From the NCBI GenBank assembly GCA_049302185.1, contig JBAQLV010000013.1:166084-230083 (forward strand): 64,000 bases of DNA, written 5' to 3'. Both the position numbers and the translations under genes were made by a program. This DNA is from Thermodesulfovibrionales bacterium (GTDB taxonomy: Bacteria; Nitrospirota; Thermodesulfovibrionia; Thermodesulfovibrionales; UBA1546). Shown piece by piece: positions 47,483-56,672 of this stretch. How positions within the stretch are numbered: position 1 is the first letter of the stretch; every line of letters begins with the position of its first letter. The notes below the pieces were generated by a model. It did no database searches, was not told where the DNA came from, and was given only the letters and a program-made list of their open reading frames with translations.

Positions 47483-47515
47483 ACCCTGTTAGAAATAGAG
47501 AATTTCTAACAGGGT
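47483..47515 (+). promoter_or_regulatory. Perfect 14 bp-arm hairpin (ACCCTGTTAGAAAT-agag-AATTTCTAACAGGGT) in the rpsO leader / argH-rpsO divergent region
   Basis: Inverted repeat read directly from the sequence. It lies about 65 nt upstream of the rpsO start. A second hairpin (CCCCTGC…GCAGGGG) lies immediately 5' of it, at 47442-47481. Confidence 0.5.
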
Positions 47516-47578
47516 TTACAGAATTAAAGCCGTTATGTTATCCTTTAACTTACCTAAAAACAGGAAGGTGGTGAGTTA

Positions 47579-47848
47579 ATGCCTCTCAATAAAGAAAAGA
47601 AACAGACGATTATGGAACAGTACAAAGTTCACGAAAAGGATACCGGCTCTCCGGAAGTTCAGCTGGCTATTCTGAGTGAGAGGATAAATTATCTTACAGA
47701 ACATTTCAGAACCCACAAAAGCGACCACCATTCACGCCGTGGACTTCTTAAACTTGTCAGTCAGAGGAGAAAGCTGCTTGATTATCTGAAGGCCTCAAGC
47801 AAGGAACGATACGCGAAGGTGATTGAACGGTTAGGGCTTAGAAAATAG
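47579..47848 (+). CDS. rpsO: 30S ribosomal protein S15
   Basis: 89 aa, with typical S15 sequence ([21 protein letters not shown]…[21 protein letters not shown]). Confidence 0.95.
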   Translation: MPLNKEKKQTIMEQYKVHEKDTGSPEVQLAILSERINYLTEHFRTHKSDHHSRRGLLKLVSQRRKLLDYLKASSKERYAKVIERLGLRK

Positions 47849-47873
47849 AAAATAGAAAAGAGAGGATTGATGA

Positions 47874-49970
47874 TTGATGACTAAAGTAGAGATTGAGATT
47901 AGAGGAAAGAAGCTTATTATTGAAACAGGCGAGATTGCAAAGCAATCAGACGGATCAGTTGTTGTAAGGTATGGCGATACAGTTGTGCTGGCGACGGCAG
48001 TCGCAGCAAAAAACGCAAGAGAAGGACTTGATTTTTTCCCCCTTACTATAGATTATCAGGAGAAGGCTTATTCTGCAGGAAAGATCCCGGGAGGATTTTT
48101 TAAGAGGGAAGGCAGGCAGAGCGAAAAGGAAGTTCTTACCTCCCGTCTTATAGACCGTCCTATACGTCCATTATTCCCGAAGGGGTTTTCTTGTGAGACT
48201 CAGGGGATTGTTTCTGTTCTTTCATACGGCGATGAGAATGTATCCGATGTCTTCGGAATAACCGGCATGTCTGCTGCGCTGATGATTTCCGATATCCCGT
48301 TTGACGGGCCTGTCGCTGCTGTTAGAGTCGGGAGGATTAACGGAGATTTCATTATAAATCCTGATTTATCGGAATTAGAGAAACTTGACATGAACCTTGT
48401 TGTCGCTGGAACTAAAGATTCTGTTCTGATGGTTGAGGGAGCAACATCTGAGGTTTCGGAGGAGGCGCTTCTTAAGGCGATAGATTATGCTCATGCAGAG
48501 ATTAAACACATTGCTGCAGTGCAGATAGACCTCAGGAATGCTGTTGGTAAGGAGAAACGCGTGGTAACTCCTCCTGTGGTTGATGAAGAGCTGAGGGCTA
48601 AAGTAAAGGAACATGTGATTGAAAGGATGAAAGAAGCGGTAAAAATACCGGGCAAGCAGACGAGGCAGGATACACTTGACCTGATTCTGGATGAGACTAC
48701 AAAGCATTTCAATACTCCAGAAAAAAATATGAGCAAAGATATAGCCGATGCATTTTTTGAACTTGAAAAAGACCTTGTAAGAAGGATGATTATAGAAAAG
48801 GGGATACGGTCTGACGGAAGAAAACCCGATGAGATAAGGCATATAAGTTCAAGGGTGGGACTGCTTCCGAGGGCTCACGGCTCTGCTCTCTTTGTGAGGG
48901 GCGAGACACAGGCGCTTGTTGTGGCAACACTCGGCACTGCTGATGACGAACAGAGGATTGACTCGCTTGAGGGAGAGAGCTATAAGACATTTATGCTCCA
49001 TTATAATTTCCCTCCTTTCAGCGTTGGAGAGGTAAAGCCGCTGCGTTCACCGGGAAGGCGAGAGATAGGACATGGAGTTCTCGCAGAAAGGGCGCTTAAG
49101 TCTGTAATCCCTTCGAAGGAAGTATTTCCTTATACAATAAGAATCGTTTCAGATATCCTTGAATCAAACGGCTCGTCTTCAATGGCGACAGTATGCGGCG
49201 GCACGCTGGCGCTTATGGATGCAGGCGTTCCGATAAAGGCTCCGGTTGCAGGCATTGCAATGGGATTGGTGCAGGAAGGCGACAAAAATATTGTTCTTAC
49301 GGATATTCTGGGGCTGGAAGACCATCTCGGCGATATGGATTTCAAGGTTACAGGAACAGAGAACGGCATTACAGCATTTCAGCTTGATGTGAAGACAGGC
49401 GGTATAAATTACTCTATCATGGAGAAGGCGCTTGAGCAGGCAAAACAGGGAAGGCTTTTCATACTCTCCAAAATAAAAGAGGCAATATCGGCGCCGAGAG
49501 AACAACTCTCTCCTCATGCGCCGAGGATATATACAATGCAGATAAAACAGGAAAAGATAAGGGATGTCATCGGCACGGGCGGGAAGGTGATAAGGGGAAT
49601 AATAGAGCAAACAGGGGTTAAGATAAACATTGATGATGCAGGCGTGATAAACATTGCGTCTGCTGATGAAACATCAGCCCAGAAGGCGATAGAGATAATC
49701 AACGGAATTATTGCGGAGGCTGAAATTGGAAGGATATATCTCGGGAAGGTAAAGCGCATTGTCGATTTTGGGGCATTTGTAGAGATAATGCCGGGCACCG
49801 AAGGCCTTCTCCACATATCGCAGATAGACTTCAAGAGAATAGATAAGGTCACTGATGTGCTCAAAGAGGGAGAAGAAGTCCTTGTAAAGGTCTTGGAGGT
49901 AGACAGGACCGGCAAAATCCGTCTTAGCAGGAAAGAGGCTATGCGGGAGAAGGATGCCGTAAAGGAATAG
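47874..49970 (+). CDS. pnp: Polyribonucleotide nucleotidyltransferase (PNPase)
   Basis: Two RNase PH domains, a KH domain and an S1 domain; 698 aa; canonical rpsO-pnp linkage. Confidence 0.95.
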   Translation: MMTKVEIEIRGKKLIIETGEIAKQSDGSVVVRYGDTVVLATAVAAKNAREGLDFFPLTIDYQEKAYSAGKIPGGFFKREGRQSEKEVLTSRLIDRPIRPLFPKGFSCETQGIVSVLSYGDENVSDVFGITGMSAALMISDIPFDGPVAAVRVGRINGDFIINPDLSELEKLDMNLVVAGTKDSVLMVEGATSEVSEEALLKAIDYAHAEIKHIAAVQIDLRNAVGKEKRVVTPPVVDEELRAKVKEHVIERMKEAVKIPGKQTRQDTLDLILDETTKHFNTPEKNMSKDIADAFFELEKDLVRRMIIEKGIRSDGRKPDEIRHISSRVGLLPRAHGSALFVRGETQALVVATLGTADDEQRIDSLEGESYKTFMLHYNFPPFSVGEVKPLRSPGRREIGHGVLAERALKSVIPSKEVFPYTIRIVSDILESNGSSSMATVCGGTLALMDAGVPIKAPVAGIAMGLVQEGDKNIVLTDILGLEDHLGDMDFKVTGTENGITAFQLDVKTGGINYSIMEKALEQAKQGRLFILSKIKEAISAPREQLSPHAPRIYTMQIKQEKIRDVIGTGGKVIRGIIEQTGVKINIDDAGVINIASADETSAQKAIEIINGIIAEAEIGRIYLGKVKRIVDFGAFVEIMPGTEGLLHISQIDFKRIDKVTDVLKEGEEVLVKVLEVDRTGKIRLSRKEAMREKDAVKE

Positions 49971-49981
49971 GGTTTAATTTA

Positions 49982-50060
49982 AAGACAGGACATAGTATCC
50001 TCGCTCATTCTCGCCCCGATAGGATCGGGGCTCCGAGGATTTTGCCTCATGATTTTTATA
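49982..50060 (+). repeat. Copy A of a ~75 nt conserved double-hairpin 3'-end element (AAGACAGGACAT…TCGCTCATTCTCG-[hairpin]-TCCGAGGA-TTTTGCCTCAT), immediately after the pnp stop
   Basis: Near-identical copies at 44899-44970 (reverse orientation) and 16951-17002. The inner hairpin is GCCCCGATaggATCGGGGC, nested in an outer stem CCTCG/CGAGG and followed by TTTTG. Confidence 0.6.
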
Positions 50061-50196
50061 TGGCTTACTGTCGGACTATCGGCAAAATAAGCCGCTTGGA
50101 CACTATGCCCTATCTTTTATTCTAAATATCAAAAATCGCTCTGAAGCGAACAAGCTATTACTTCTTATTGTCCGTTGTGCTTTAAGAAAGGACATT

Positions 50197-51444
50197 ATGT
50201 TTAAAAAAACTTATCTTGAAAACGGCATACCGGTAGTTATGGAACAGGTCAAGGATGTCCGTTCTGTCGCCCTTGGCGTATGGGTTAAGGTCGGCTCCAG
50301 GAACGAACTGCCTGAGAAGAACGGCATATCGCATTTCCTTGAACACATGTTTTTCAAAGGCACGCAGAAACGTTCTGCGAGAGATATCGCCGTTGATACG
50401 GATTCAATGGGAGGCGACCTGAATGCATTTACTTCACGGGAAAGCACAACATTCTATATCAAAGTCCTTGATGAATATTTTGATAAGGGCATAGAACTCC
50501 TGTCTGATATATTCATTCACTCTACGTTCCCGGAAGAAGATATTGAGAAAGAAAAGGGGATTATCAAAGAAGAGATAAAGATGGTTGAGGATACGCCTGA
50601 CGACTACATATATGACCTCTTCAACCAGACAATATGGGGTAGTGAAGGCATAGGACAGTCCATACTCGGCAGGAGAGAGACGATTAAATCGTTCATAAGG
50701 GAAGACCTTGTCAGCCACACAAAAAAACATTACGGGACAAAGGGCATTGTTATATCGTGCGCAGGAAATTTTGAAACAGACAGGCTTCTTGATGCGCTAA
50801 ATCATAATTTTAGTTCTCTCAGGAAAGGGTCAGAGCCTGAAAAAGAACCGCAGTCTCTGTTTAACAGCAGGATCAGAGTTCACAGCAAAGAGCTCTCTGA
50901 AGTTCATCTGTGTCTCGGCGTTGAAGGCATGCCGCAGGCAAGCAAAGACAGGTATGTATTGTTCATTCTGAATACGATTCTCGGCGGAGGCGTTAGTTCG
51001 CGGCTTTTCCAGGAGATAAGGGAGAAAAGAGGGCTTGCGTATTCTGTTTATTCATATATATCATCATACGCTGATACAGGGGTATTGGCTGTCTATGCCG
51101 GGACAGGAAAAAAGAAAGTATCGCAGGTGATAGAGCTTGTTCTCAAAGAACTCAGAGGTCTGGCAGACATGCTTTCGGATGTTGATGTAGAAAGGGCAAA
51201 GGCTCAGCTCAAGGGCAATCTTATTCTCGGCCTTGAATCAACGAGCAGCAGGATGCAGAACATTGCACGTCAGGAGATGTATTACGGCAGGTATTACTCG
51301 CCTTCGGAAATAATAAAAGAAATAAATTCTATAAACCTCAGACAGGTTAAAGAACTCACAGAGAAACTGATAAGCGGGAACGAGGTTGCCCTTACAGCGC
51401 TGGGGCCTGTCAGCGAAAATGACTTTAAGGGGATAATGGGTTAA
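50197..51444 (+). CDS. Peptidase M16 family zinc protease (insulinase-like)
   Basis: Inverted zinc-binding motif HFLEHMFFKG (HxxEH) with downstream E residues; 415 aa, a single M16 unit. Confidence 0.85.
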   Translation: MFKKTYLENGIPVVMEQVKDVRSVALGVWVKVGSRNELPEKNGISHFLEHMFFKGTQKRSARDIAVDTDSMGGDLNAFTSRESTTFYIKVLDEYFDKGIELLSDIFIHSTFPEEDIEKEKGIIKEEIKMVEDTPDDYIYDLFNQTIWGSEGIGQSILGRRETIKSFIREDLVSHTKKHYGTKGIVISCAGNFETDRLLDALNHNFSSLRKGSEPEKEPQSLFNSRIRVHSKELSEVHLCLGVEGMPQASKDRYVLFILNTILGGGVSSRLFQEIREKRGLAYSVYSYISSYADTGVLAVYAGTGKKKVSQVIELVLKELRGLADMLSDVDVERAKAQLKGNLILGLESTSSRMQNIARQEMYYGRYYSPSEIIKEINSINLRQVKELTEKLISGNEVALTALGPVSENDFKGIMG

Positions 51445-51480
51445 AGAGATAGTTTATATATGGAAAAAGCAGGTTAAACA

Positions 51481-52272
51481 GTGAAGTTTCTTGCAGCAGG
51501 ACAATCAGACAAGGGCGTTTCAAGGTCAAACAATGAGGATAATTTTTGCGTTGATGAAGATTTGCGCCTTTTTATCGTTGCCGACGGCATGGGCGGGGCT
51601 GCGGCAGGAGAGGTTGCAAGCAGGATGGCGGTAGAGACAATAAGGGATCATGTTAAGCGTTCCTCTGGGGGTAATGAGCCTTTTTGGGGCGATTATGATA
51701 AAAGGTTCTCCGATGCATCAAACAGGATTGCATCAGGCATAAGGCTCGCCAATCAGGCGATATATGAGGCATCGCAGAGCAATGTTAAATGGCGCGGCAT
51801 GGGGACAACAGTTGCTACTGCCTTGCTTGACGGCAGTAAAATGAGCATAGCGCATGCAGGGGACAGCAGGATTTATCTTATCAGGACAAGTTCAATTATC
51901 CAGCTTACTGACGACCATTCAATAGTGTCTGAGCAGGTAAAAAGCGGACTGCTCACAAAAGAAGAGGCAGAGGGCTCTGAGGTAAGAAATATTATTACAA
52001 GGGCGCTCGGCACGATGCCTTCCGTGGAAGTTGACCTTGACGAAATAGACATTATGGATGGCGACAGGGTTGTCCTGTGCAGTGACGGACTTACAACTAT
52101 GGTTCCTGACAGCGTTATCCTTTCTACAGTTGCTGTTTCTGATGAACCTGACAGGGCATGCAGCGCACTTATTGATATTGCCAATAAAAACGGAGGAAAG
52201 GATAATATAACTGTGGCGCTTGTATATTTGTTTGAGGATAAAACTTTCCCTAAAAAGAATAGCAGTTTTTAA
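51481..52272 (+). CDS. PP2C-family Ser/Thr protein phosphatase (Stp/PrpC-like)
   Basis: PP2C motifs (FIVADGMGG, metal-binding Asp residues, LCSDGL); GTG start. Confidence 0.85.
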   Translation: MKFLAAGQSDKGVSRSNNEDNFCVDEDLRLFIVADGMGGAAAGEVASRMAVETIRDHVKRSSGGNEPFWGDYDKRFSDASNRIASGIRLANQAIYEASQSNVKWRGMGTTVATALLDGSKMSIAHAGDSRIYLIRTSSIIQLTDDHSIVSEQVKSGLLTKEEAEGSEVRNIITRALGTMPSVEVDLDEIDIMDGDRVVLCSDGLTTMVPDSVILSTVAVSDEPDRACSALIDIANKNGGKDNITVALVYLFEDKTFPKKNSSF

Positions 52273-52282
52273 TTTGCCTTTG

Positions 52283-52320
52283 CCCCGTTAGAAAGCCACG
52301 TCCTTTCTAACGGGGTTTGC
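52283..52320 (+). terminator. Intrinsic terminator-like hairpin CCCCGTTAGAAAG-ccacgtc-CTTTCTAACGGGG-TTTGC after the PP2C gene
   Basis: 13 bp perfect stem 11 nt after the stop. The stem sequence (GTTAGAAA/TTTCTAAC) is shared with the hairpin at 47483-47515. Confidence 0.6.
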
Positions 52321-52399
52321 TGCAATTCTGGCAACCTGAATGACTGTATTTTTAGAACTGCTGTTTTTGATTTTTCTGAAATACCTTAAAAGCCTGCTT

Positions 52400-52719
52400 T
52401 CAACGGACAACAGCCCTAATAATTTTCAGGATAAGTCTCACCTTGTCCTCATCAGCCTCTTTAAGTAATTTACTTATATTATCAGTCAGTTCTTTACTCC
52501 TCGACAAGTGCATAAATTCAAAAAGGTCTTTTATTTCTACATTTAATGCATTGGCTATTTTCTCCAATGTGTCAAGAGAAGGATAACTTTTCCCCACTTC
52601 TATTCGGCTTAGATGTTTTGAATCATACCCACCTTTTCTGAAAGTTCTTCCTGCGATAGTCCTTTTGCCTTTCGTAACTCCTTTATTCGTGCTCCGAGTA
52701 ATTCCTTTGTCGTTTTCAT
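52400..52719 (-). pseudogene. XRE-family helix-turn-helix regulator interrupted by a -1 frameshift
   Basis: An N-terminal frame from the ATG at 52719 gives MKTTKELLGARIKELRKAKGLSQEELSEKVGMIQNI*. The HTH continues in the next frame (DSKHLSRIEVGKSYPSLDTLEKIANALNVEIKDL…) to the stop at 52400. A single missing nucleotide near GGGTATGATTC would restore one ORF of about 105 aa. Confidence 0.5.
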
Positions 52720-52834
52720 AAGTATTTGTATGTATTCATAAAATACCGCCCCTTTATTGTGATAAAATTACTCATAACATGCATTCTTGGGAATATGTTA
52801 AAATTAATAAAATCTCTATGGGAGGTGCTGGATT

Positions 52835-53050
52835 ATGAGCAGTTCAACTATTAATAACTTGATTGAAGATTTCAGCCATCTGAAGCTTGATGATAAGGAA
52901 TATGCAGTTGATGTCATAAAAAAACAGCTTATAGACGCCAAAAGGGAAGCTATTGCCAAGAAGGCGAAAGAGGCAATAGCTAATCTTAGGAAGGGGATGG
53001 TTAAAAGAGGAACACTTAAAGAACTGTACAGGGATTTAGAGAGTGATTAA
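52835..53050 (+). CDS. Hypothetical small helical protein (71 aa), divergent from the frameshifted XRE gene
   Basis: An ORF with a plausible RBS (GGGAGG); charged helical sequence; no motif recognised. Confidence 0.35.
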   Translation: MSSSTINNLIEDFSHLKLDDKEYAVDVIKKQLIDAKREAIAKKAKEAIANLRKGMVKRGTLKELYRDLESD

Positions 53051-53271
53051 GATAACATGGGACATCAGATTCAGGGGACACCATACTTAATTCTTGAAAT
53101 ATTGAAATCTTAAATAGAGCCTATTTCCCGCATTGATATTTGCTCTTCTCCTTTAATATCAGGTTTTAGTCATTCCAGCTTTTCTTCGGCCCGGATTGAT
53201 TCCCAAATAATCTGCCAAATTCACTCAACCGAATACTTGACAATTTTACTAAGGTATTTTAAGATTTTCGT

Positions 53272-53715
53272 ATGCTGAGGTTATCCAGAAAGGGACAGTA
53301 TGGCGTAAGGGCGATGTTTGAAATAGCAAGAGGGCATGGCAATAAACCTGTTCCCATAAAAGAGATAGCTGAGAGACAGGCTGTTTCTGGTGCCTACCTT
53401 GAGCAGATACTTAATAAACTTAAAAATGGAGGACTGATACGGAGCGTTAAGGGGCCTGGGGGCGGCTATGTGCTGAGTAAGAAGCCGGAAGACGTAAGCA
53501 TCAGCGCTATCCTTAATGAACTTGAAGGCCCTGTAGCCATAACGTCCTGCCTTGACCCCGAGAAGGGATGTGTAAGGGTTGATGGATGTGTAACGTATAT
53601 GCTGTGGAAATCCCTCGGCGAAAAGATAGATGCGTTTCTCATGACTGTCACATTAAAGGACTTAATTACAGGAACGCTTTTTAAGAAGAATTTAAAATTA
53701 AAAATTAAAAGTTAA
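53272..53715 (+). CDS. iscR: Rrf2-family transcriptional regulator (IscR-like)
   Basis: N-terminal wHTH of the Rrf2 family (MLRLSRKGQYGVRAMFEIA), a three-Cys cluster region (C…C……C), and a position upstream of iscS-iscU. Confidence 0.8.
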   Translation: MLRLSRKGQYGVRAMFEIARGHGNKPVPIKEIAERQAVSGAYLEQILNKLKNGGLIRSVKGPGGGYVLSKKPEDVSISAILNELEGPVAITSCLDPEKGCVRVDGCVTYMLWKSLGEKIDAFLMTVTLKDLITGTLFKKNLKLKIKS

Positions 53716-53722
53716 AAGTGAT

Positions 53723-53980
53723 ATGAAGTTTGTAGAGAACGTTAAGGCAGATGTAACAACAGACATAGTTTATATGATGTGTCCGATGCATCTGCTTAAA
53801 CTTGAGGAAAAAATCAGGGAACTGGATGACGGGCAGATACTGGAGATAATGACTGACTATGACGGCGCGCTTGAAGATATTCCCGGCTGGTGTGAAAAAA
53901 CGGGAAATGAATTTTTAGGGATGAGTGAGACGGAAGATTTTTATAAATTTTATATCAGGAAGAAGGTGAAGCGAAAATGA
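53723..53980 (+). CDS. TusA/SirA-like sulfur-carrier protein
   Basis: 85 aa with a conserved Cys in a CPxx motif near the N-terminus (VYMMCPMHLLKLEEKI) and a two-layer alpha/beta pattern typical of TusA; sits between the Rrf2 regulator and iscS. Confidence 0.55.
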   Translation: MKFVENVKADVTTDIVYMMCPMHLLKLEEKIRELDDGQILEIMTDYDGALEDIPGWCEKTGNEFLGMSETEDFYKFYIRKKVKRK

Positions 53981-55197
53981 GGAAGCGCTATTTTGACCAT
54001 GTTGCGACAAACCCTCTTGACAGCCGTGTCTTTGATGCCATGATGCCTTATTTCACGGAGGACTTTGGAAATCCCCTGAGCATTTATGACCTTGGCACAA
54101 AGGCAAAAGAGGCAATAGAAAATGCAAGGGCGCAGGCTGCATCACTCATTAATTCAAAGTCATCGGAGATAATCTTTACATCAAGCGGAGCCGAGGCAAA
54201 TAACTTTGCGCTACGAGGCATTGCGCTTGCAAGGCAGAATGAAGGAAAGCATGTAATCGTCTCTAAGATGGAGCACCATTCAATTCTTAATTCTGCGCGG
54301 TTTCTTGAAAAGATGGGTTTTGTAGTGACTTTTCTTCCTGTGGATAAGTATGGGATCGTTGACCCCGACATGGTAAAAAAATCTATAACAAAAGAGACAA
54401 CGCTCATATCTGTAATCCATGCAAGCAGTGAGGTTGGGACTATAGAGCCTATAAAAGAGATAGGCAGGATTGCAAAAGAAAAAGGGATAATCTTTCATAC
54501 AGATGCAGTTGCAGCAGCAGGAAATATCCCTGTTGATGTGAAAGAACTTGGCGTTGACCTTTTAAGCATGGCTGCGCATCAGTTTTACGGGCCTAAAGGC
54601 GCAGGCGCTCTTTATGTGAGAGAGGGACTGAGAATAGTTCCGCTTATTTACGGCGGCATACAGGAAAACGGAAGAAGAGCAGGCACTGAAAATGTCCCTG
54701 CAATTGTCGGGATGGGCAGGGCAGCAAAACTTGCAAAAGATGAGATGGCTGATAGAATGGAGCAGGCTAAGAAATTAAGGAATAAACTTATTAAGGGCGT
54801 ATCAGACATTGAAAACATTTATCTTACAGGACATCCTGTCGGAAACGACTCGCAACGAGAAAACAGGCTTCCGGCACATGCGAGTTTTACAGTTGAATTC
54901 ATAGAAGGCGAGGCAATGCTTCTGCTTCTTGCAGCAAAGGGCATTTATGCCGCTTCCGGTTCTGCATGTTCGTCAAAGGCATTAAAGGCATCGCCTGTTT
55001 TGCTGTCAATGGGCGTGTCTTCAAATCTGGCTCAGGGCTCGATTGTCTTTACGCTTGGCGCCGGCAACACAGAGGAAGATATAGATTCCCTGCTTTCTGA
55101 GTTTCCGCAGGTGATAAAAAGATTAAGAGAGATGTCCCCCTATGCAAAAGGTTGGGGAACGAAAGGAGAGGGTGGAGAATGTACAGTGCAAAAGTAA
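53977..55197 (+). CDS. iscS: Cysteine desulfurase of the NifS/IscS family (the PLP-lysine position reads as Gln)
   Basis: Class-V aminotransferase fold; SSGAEANN, DAVAAAG, active-site Cys loop ASGSACSS. The canonical SGHKIYGPKG is SMAAHQFYGPKG here (CAG at 54580-54582). Confidence 0.85.
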   Translation: MRKRYFDHVATNPLDSRVFDAMMPYFTEDFGNPLSIYDLGTKAKEAIENARAQAASLINSKSSEIIFTSSGAEANNFALRGIALARQNEGKHVIVSKMEHHSILNSARFLEKMGFVVTFLPVDKYGIVDPDMVKKSITKETTLISVIHASSEVGTIEPIKEIGRIAKEKGIIFHTDAVAAAGNIPVDVKELGVDLLSMAAHQFYGPKGAGALYVREGLRIVPLIYGGIQENGRRAGTENVPAIVGMGRAAKLAKDEMADRMEQAKKLRNKLIKGVSDIENIYLTGHPVGNDSQRENRLPAHASFTVEFIEGEAMLLLLAAKGIYAASGSACSSKALKASPVLLSMGVSSNLAQGSIVFTLGAGNTEEDIDSLLSEFPQVIKRLREMSPYAKGWGTKGEGGECTVQK

Positions 55198-55547
55198 TGG
55201 ACCATTTTACAAATCCGAGGAATGTGGGAGAGATACCTGACGCTGACGGTGTCGGCACAGAGGGGAACCCTACGTGCGGGGATGTGATGCAGATTTTTAT
55301 AAAGGTGAAGGACAACACGATAGTCGATGCAAAGTTCAAGACGTTCGGATGCGGCGCTGCTATTGCGGTAAGCAGTATGATTACGGAGATGATCAAGGGT
55401 AAGACGATTGATGAGGTGTTAGCAATATCAAAGGAGACCGTTGCAAATGAATTGGACGGACTGCCTGCGCAGAAGATGCATTGCTCTAATTTAGGAGCGG
55501 ATGCGCTTAAGAAAGCCATTGAAGATTACAGGAGCAAAAACAAATGA
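55179..55547 (+). CDS. iscU: Fe-S cluster scaffold protein IscU/NifU
   Basis: Three conserved Cys (CGDVM, GCGAAIA, HCSNLG); the start was moved to the ATG at 55179 (RBS GGTGGAG). Confidence 0.9.
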   Translation: MYSAKVMDHFTNPRNVGEIPDADGVGTEGNPTCGDVMQIFIKVKDNTIVDAKFKTFGCGAAIAVSSMITEMIKGKTIDEVLAISKETVANELDGLPAQKMHCSNLGADALKKAIEDYRSKNK

Positions 55548-55827
55548 TTCGCCATTATTTCAGTCATTCCCGAGAAAGTGGGAATCTATGATGCAGCAAT
55601 ACGCAACACAAATAAAATGCTGGATCCCTTTGATATGCCTTTTGCCTATGACCCTGCCACAGGCAGAGTCTGGTCCATCAAAAAAGGTTTTGAGAACCGG
55701 TGACCTTTACCCCGCTCGGATTTTCTAATGGGGTTTACAAGTTCAATTTCAGACTGGTAATATAGCAAGTGTCCGTGATTAGTGTCAGTGAGTAATAATT
55801 ACTGACACTCACAACTGACACTGCACT

Positions 55828-55922
<95 letters not shown>

Positions 55923-55924
55923 GA

Positions 55925-56012
55925 AACGGCAGTTAGTTAAAAGTTGAGAGTGAAAAGTGAAAAGTTTTAGAGACTCGAAACTTCTAACTTTCAACTTTAA
56001 ACTTTTAACTTA
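55925..56012. repeat. Long inverted heptamer-array hairpin (GTTAAAAGTTGAGAGTGAAAAGTGAAAAGTT-ttagagactcg-AAACTTCTAACTTTCAACTTTAAACTTTTAAC) immediately 3' of tRNA-Ser(GCU)
   Basis: Inverted repeat of period-7 units; a likely transcription terminator for the tRNA. Confidence 0.6.
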
Positions 56013-56028
56013 GATTGAGGGGGGTTAT

Positions 56029-56586
56029 ATGAACAAAAAGATTGTGATAGCAGTAATGTTAAGTTTAGCGCTGGTATATTTTGTCGGCTGTAAAAAGAAG
56101 GAACAACAGCCTGTCCCTAAGGCGCCGGCGATGCCGCAAGGGATGGGAGTGCTTCCACAAGAACATACAGCACCGCAGGGGCATCAGATGATGTCAGGCG
56201 GAAAGCTTCAGGTTGTTGTCCCTGATAACGTAAAAGGCAAGTGGAACTCTGTCAAGGTTCTAATAGAGGAGAAGGATACAAAAAAAGTACAGGAATATAC
56301 AGTTAAACTCAACAGCGAGTGGAAAATTCCAGGTTCCAATTTAAAGGTGACTGTTGGGGAGTTTCTTCCTGATTTCACGATGGACGGGGATAAAATAACT
56401 TCAGGCTCAAGTGAGCCGAATAATCCGGCGGTTGGCATAAAGATAGCAGAGGGTGGCAAGCAAATATTCCCTGCTCAGGGAAAGCAATGGGGATGGCTGT
56501 GGTCCCGCAGAGAACTGCAATCAGTGCATCCATTTGAACATCCCAAGTATAATATTATATTAAAAGAACCTGTGAAGAATGGATAG
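56029..56586 (+). CDS. Hypothetical lipoprotein
   Basis: Signal peptide plus lipobox (LVYFVGCKK); 185 aa; no motif recognised. Confidence 0.5.
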   Translation: MNKKIVIAVMLSLALVYFVGCKKKEQQPVPKAPAMPQGMGVLPQEHTAPQGHQMMSGGKLQVVVPDNVKGKWNSVKVLIEEKDTKKVQEYTVKLNSEWKIPGSNLKVTVGEFLPDFTMDGDKITSGSSEPNNPAVGIKIAEGGKQIFPAQGKQWGWLWSRRELQSVHPFEHPKYNIILKEPVKNG

Positions 56587-56595
56587 TTTGGCAAT

Positions 56596-56672
56596 GCGCC
56601 CATAGCTCAGCTGGATAGAGCGTCGGACTACGAATCCGCAGGTCGGGGGTTCGAATCCTCCTGGGCGCGCCA
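56596..56672 (+). tRNA. tRNA-Arg (anticodon ACG), CCA encoded
   Basis: Acceptor GCGCCCA/…GGGCGCG, D-arm TAGCTCAGCTGGATAGAGC, anticodon loop CTACGAA, TΨC GGTTCGAATCC. Confidence 0.9.

Noticed and set aside
55501-55728. 75-aa ORF overlapping the 3' end of iscU
   Set aside because: Out-of-frame overlap with iscU; no features.
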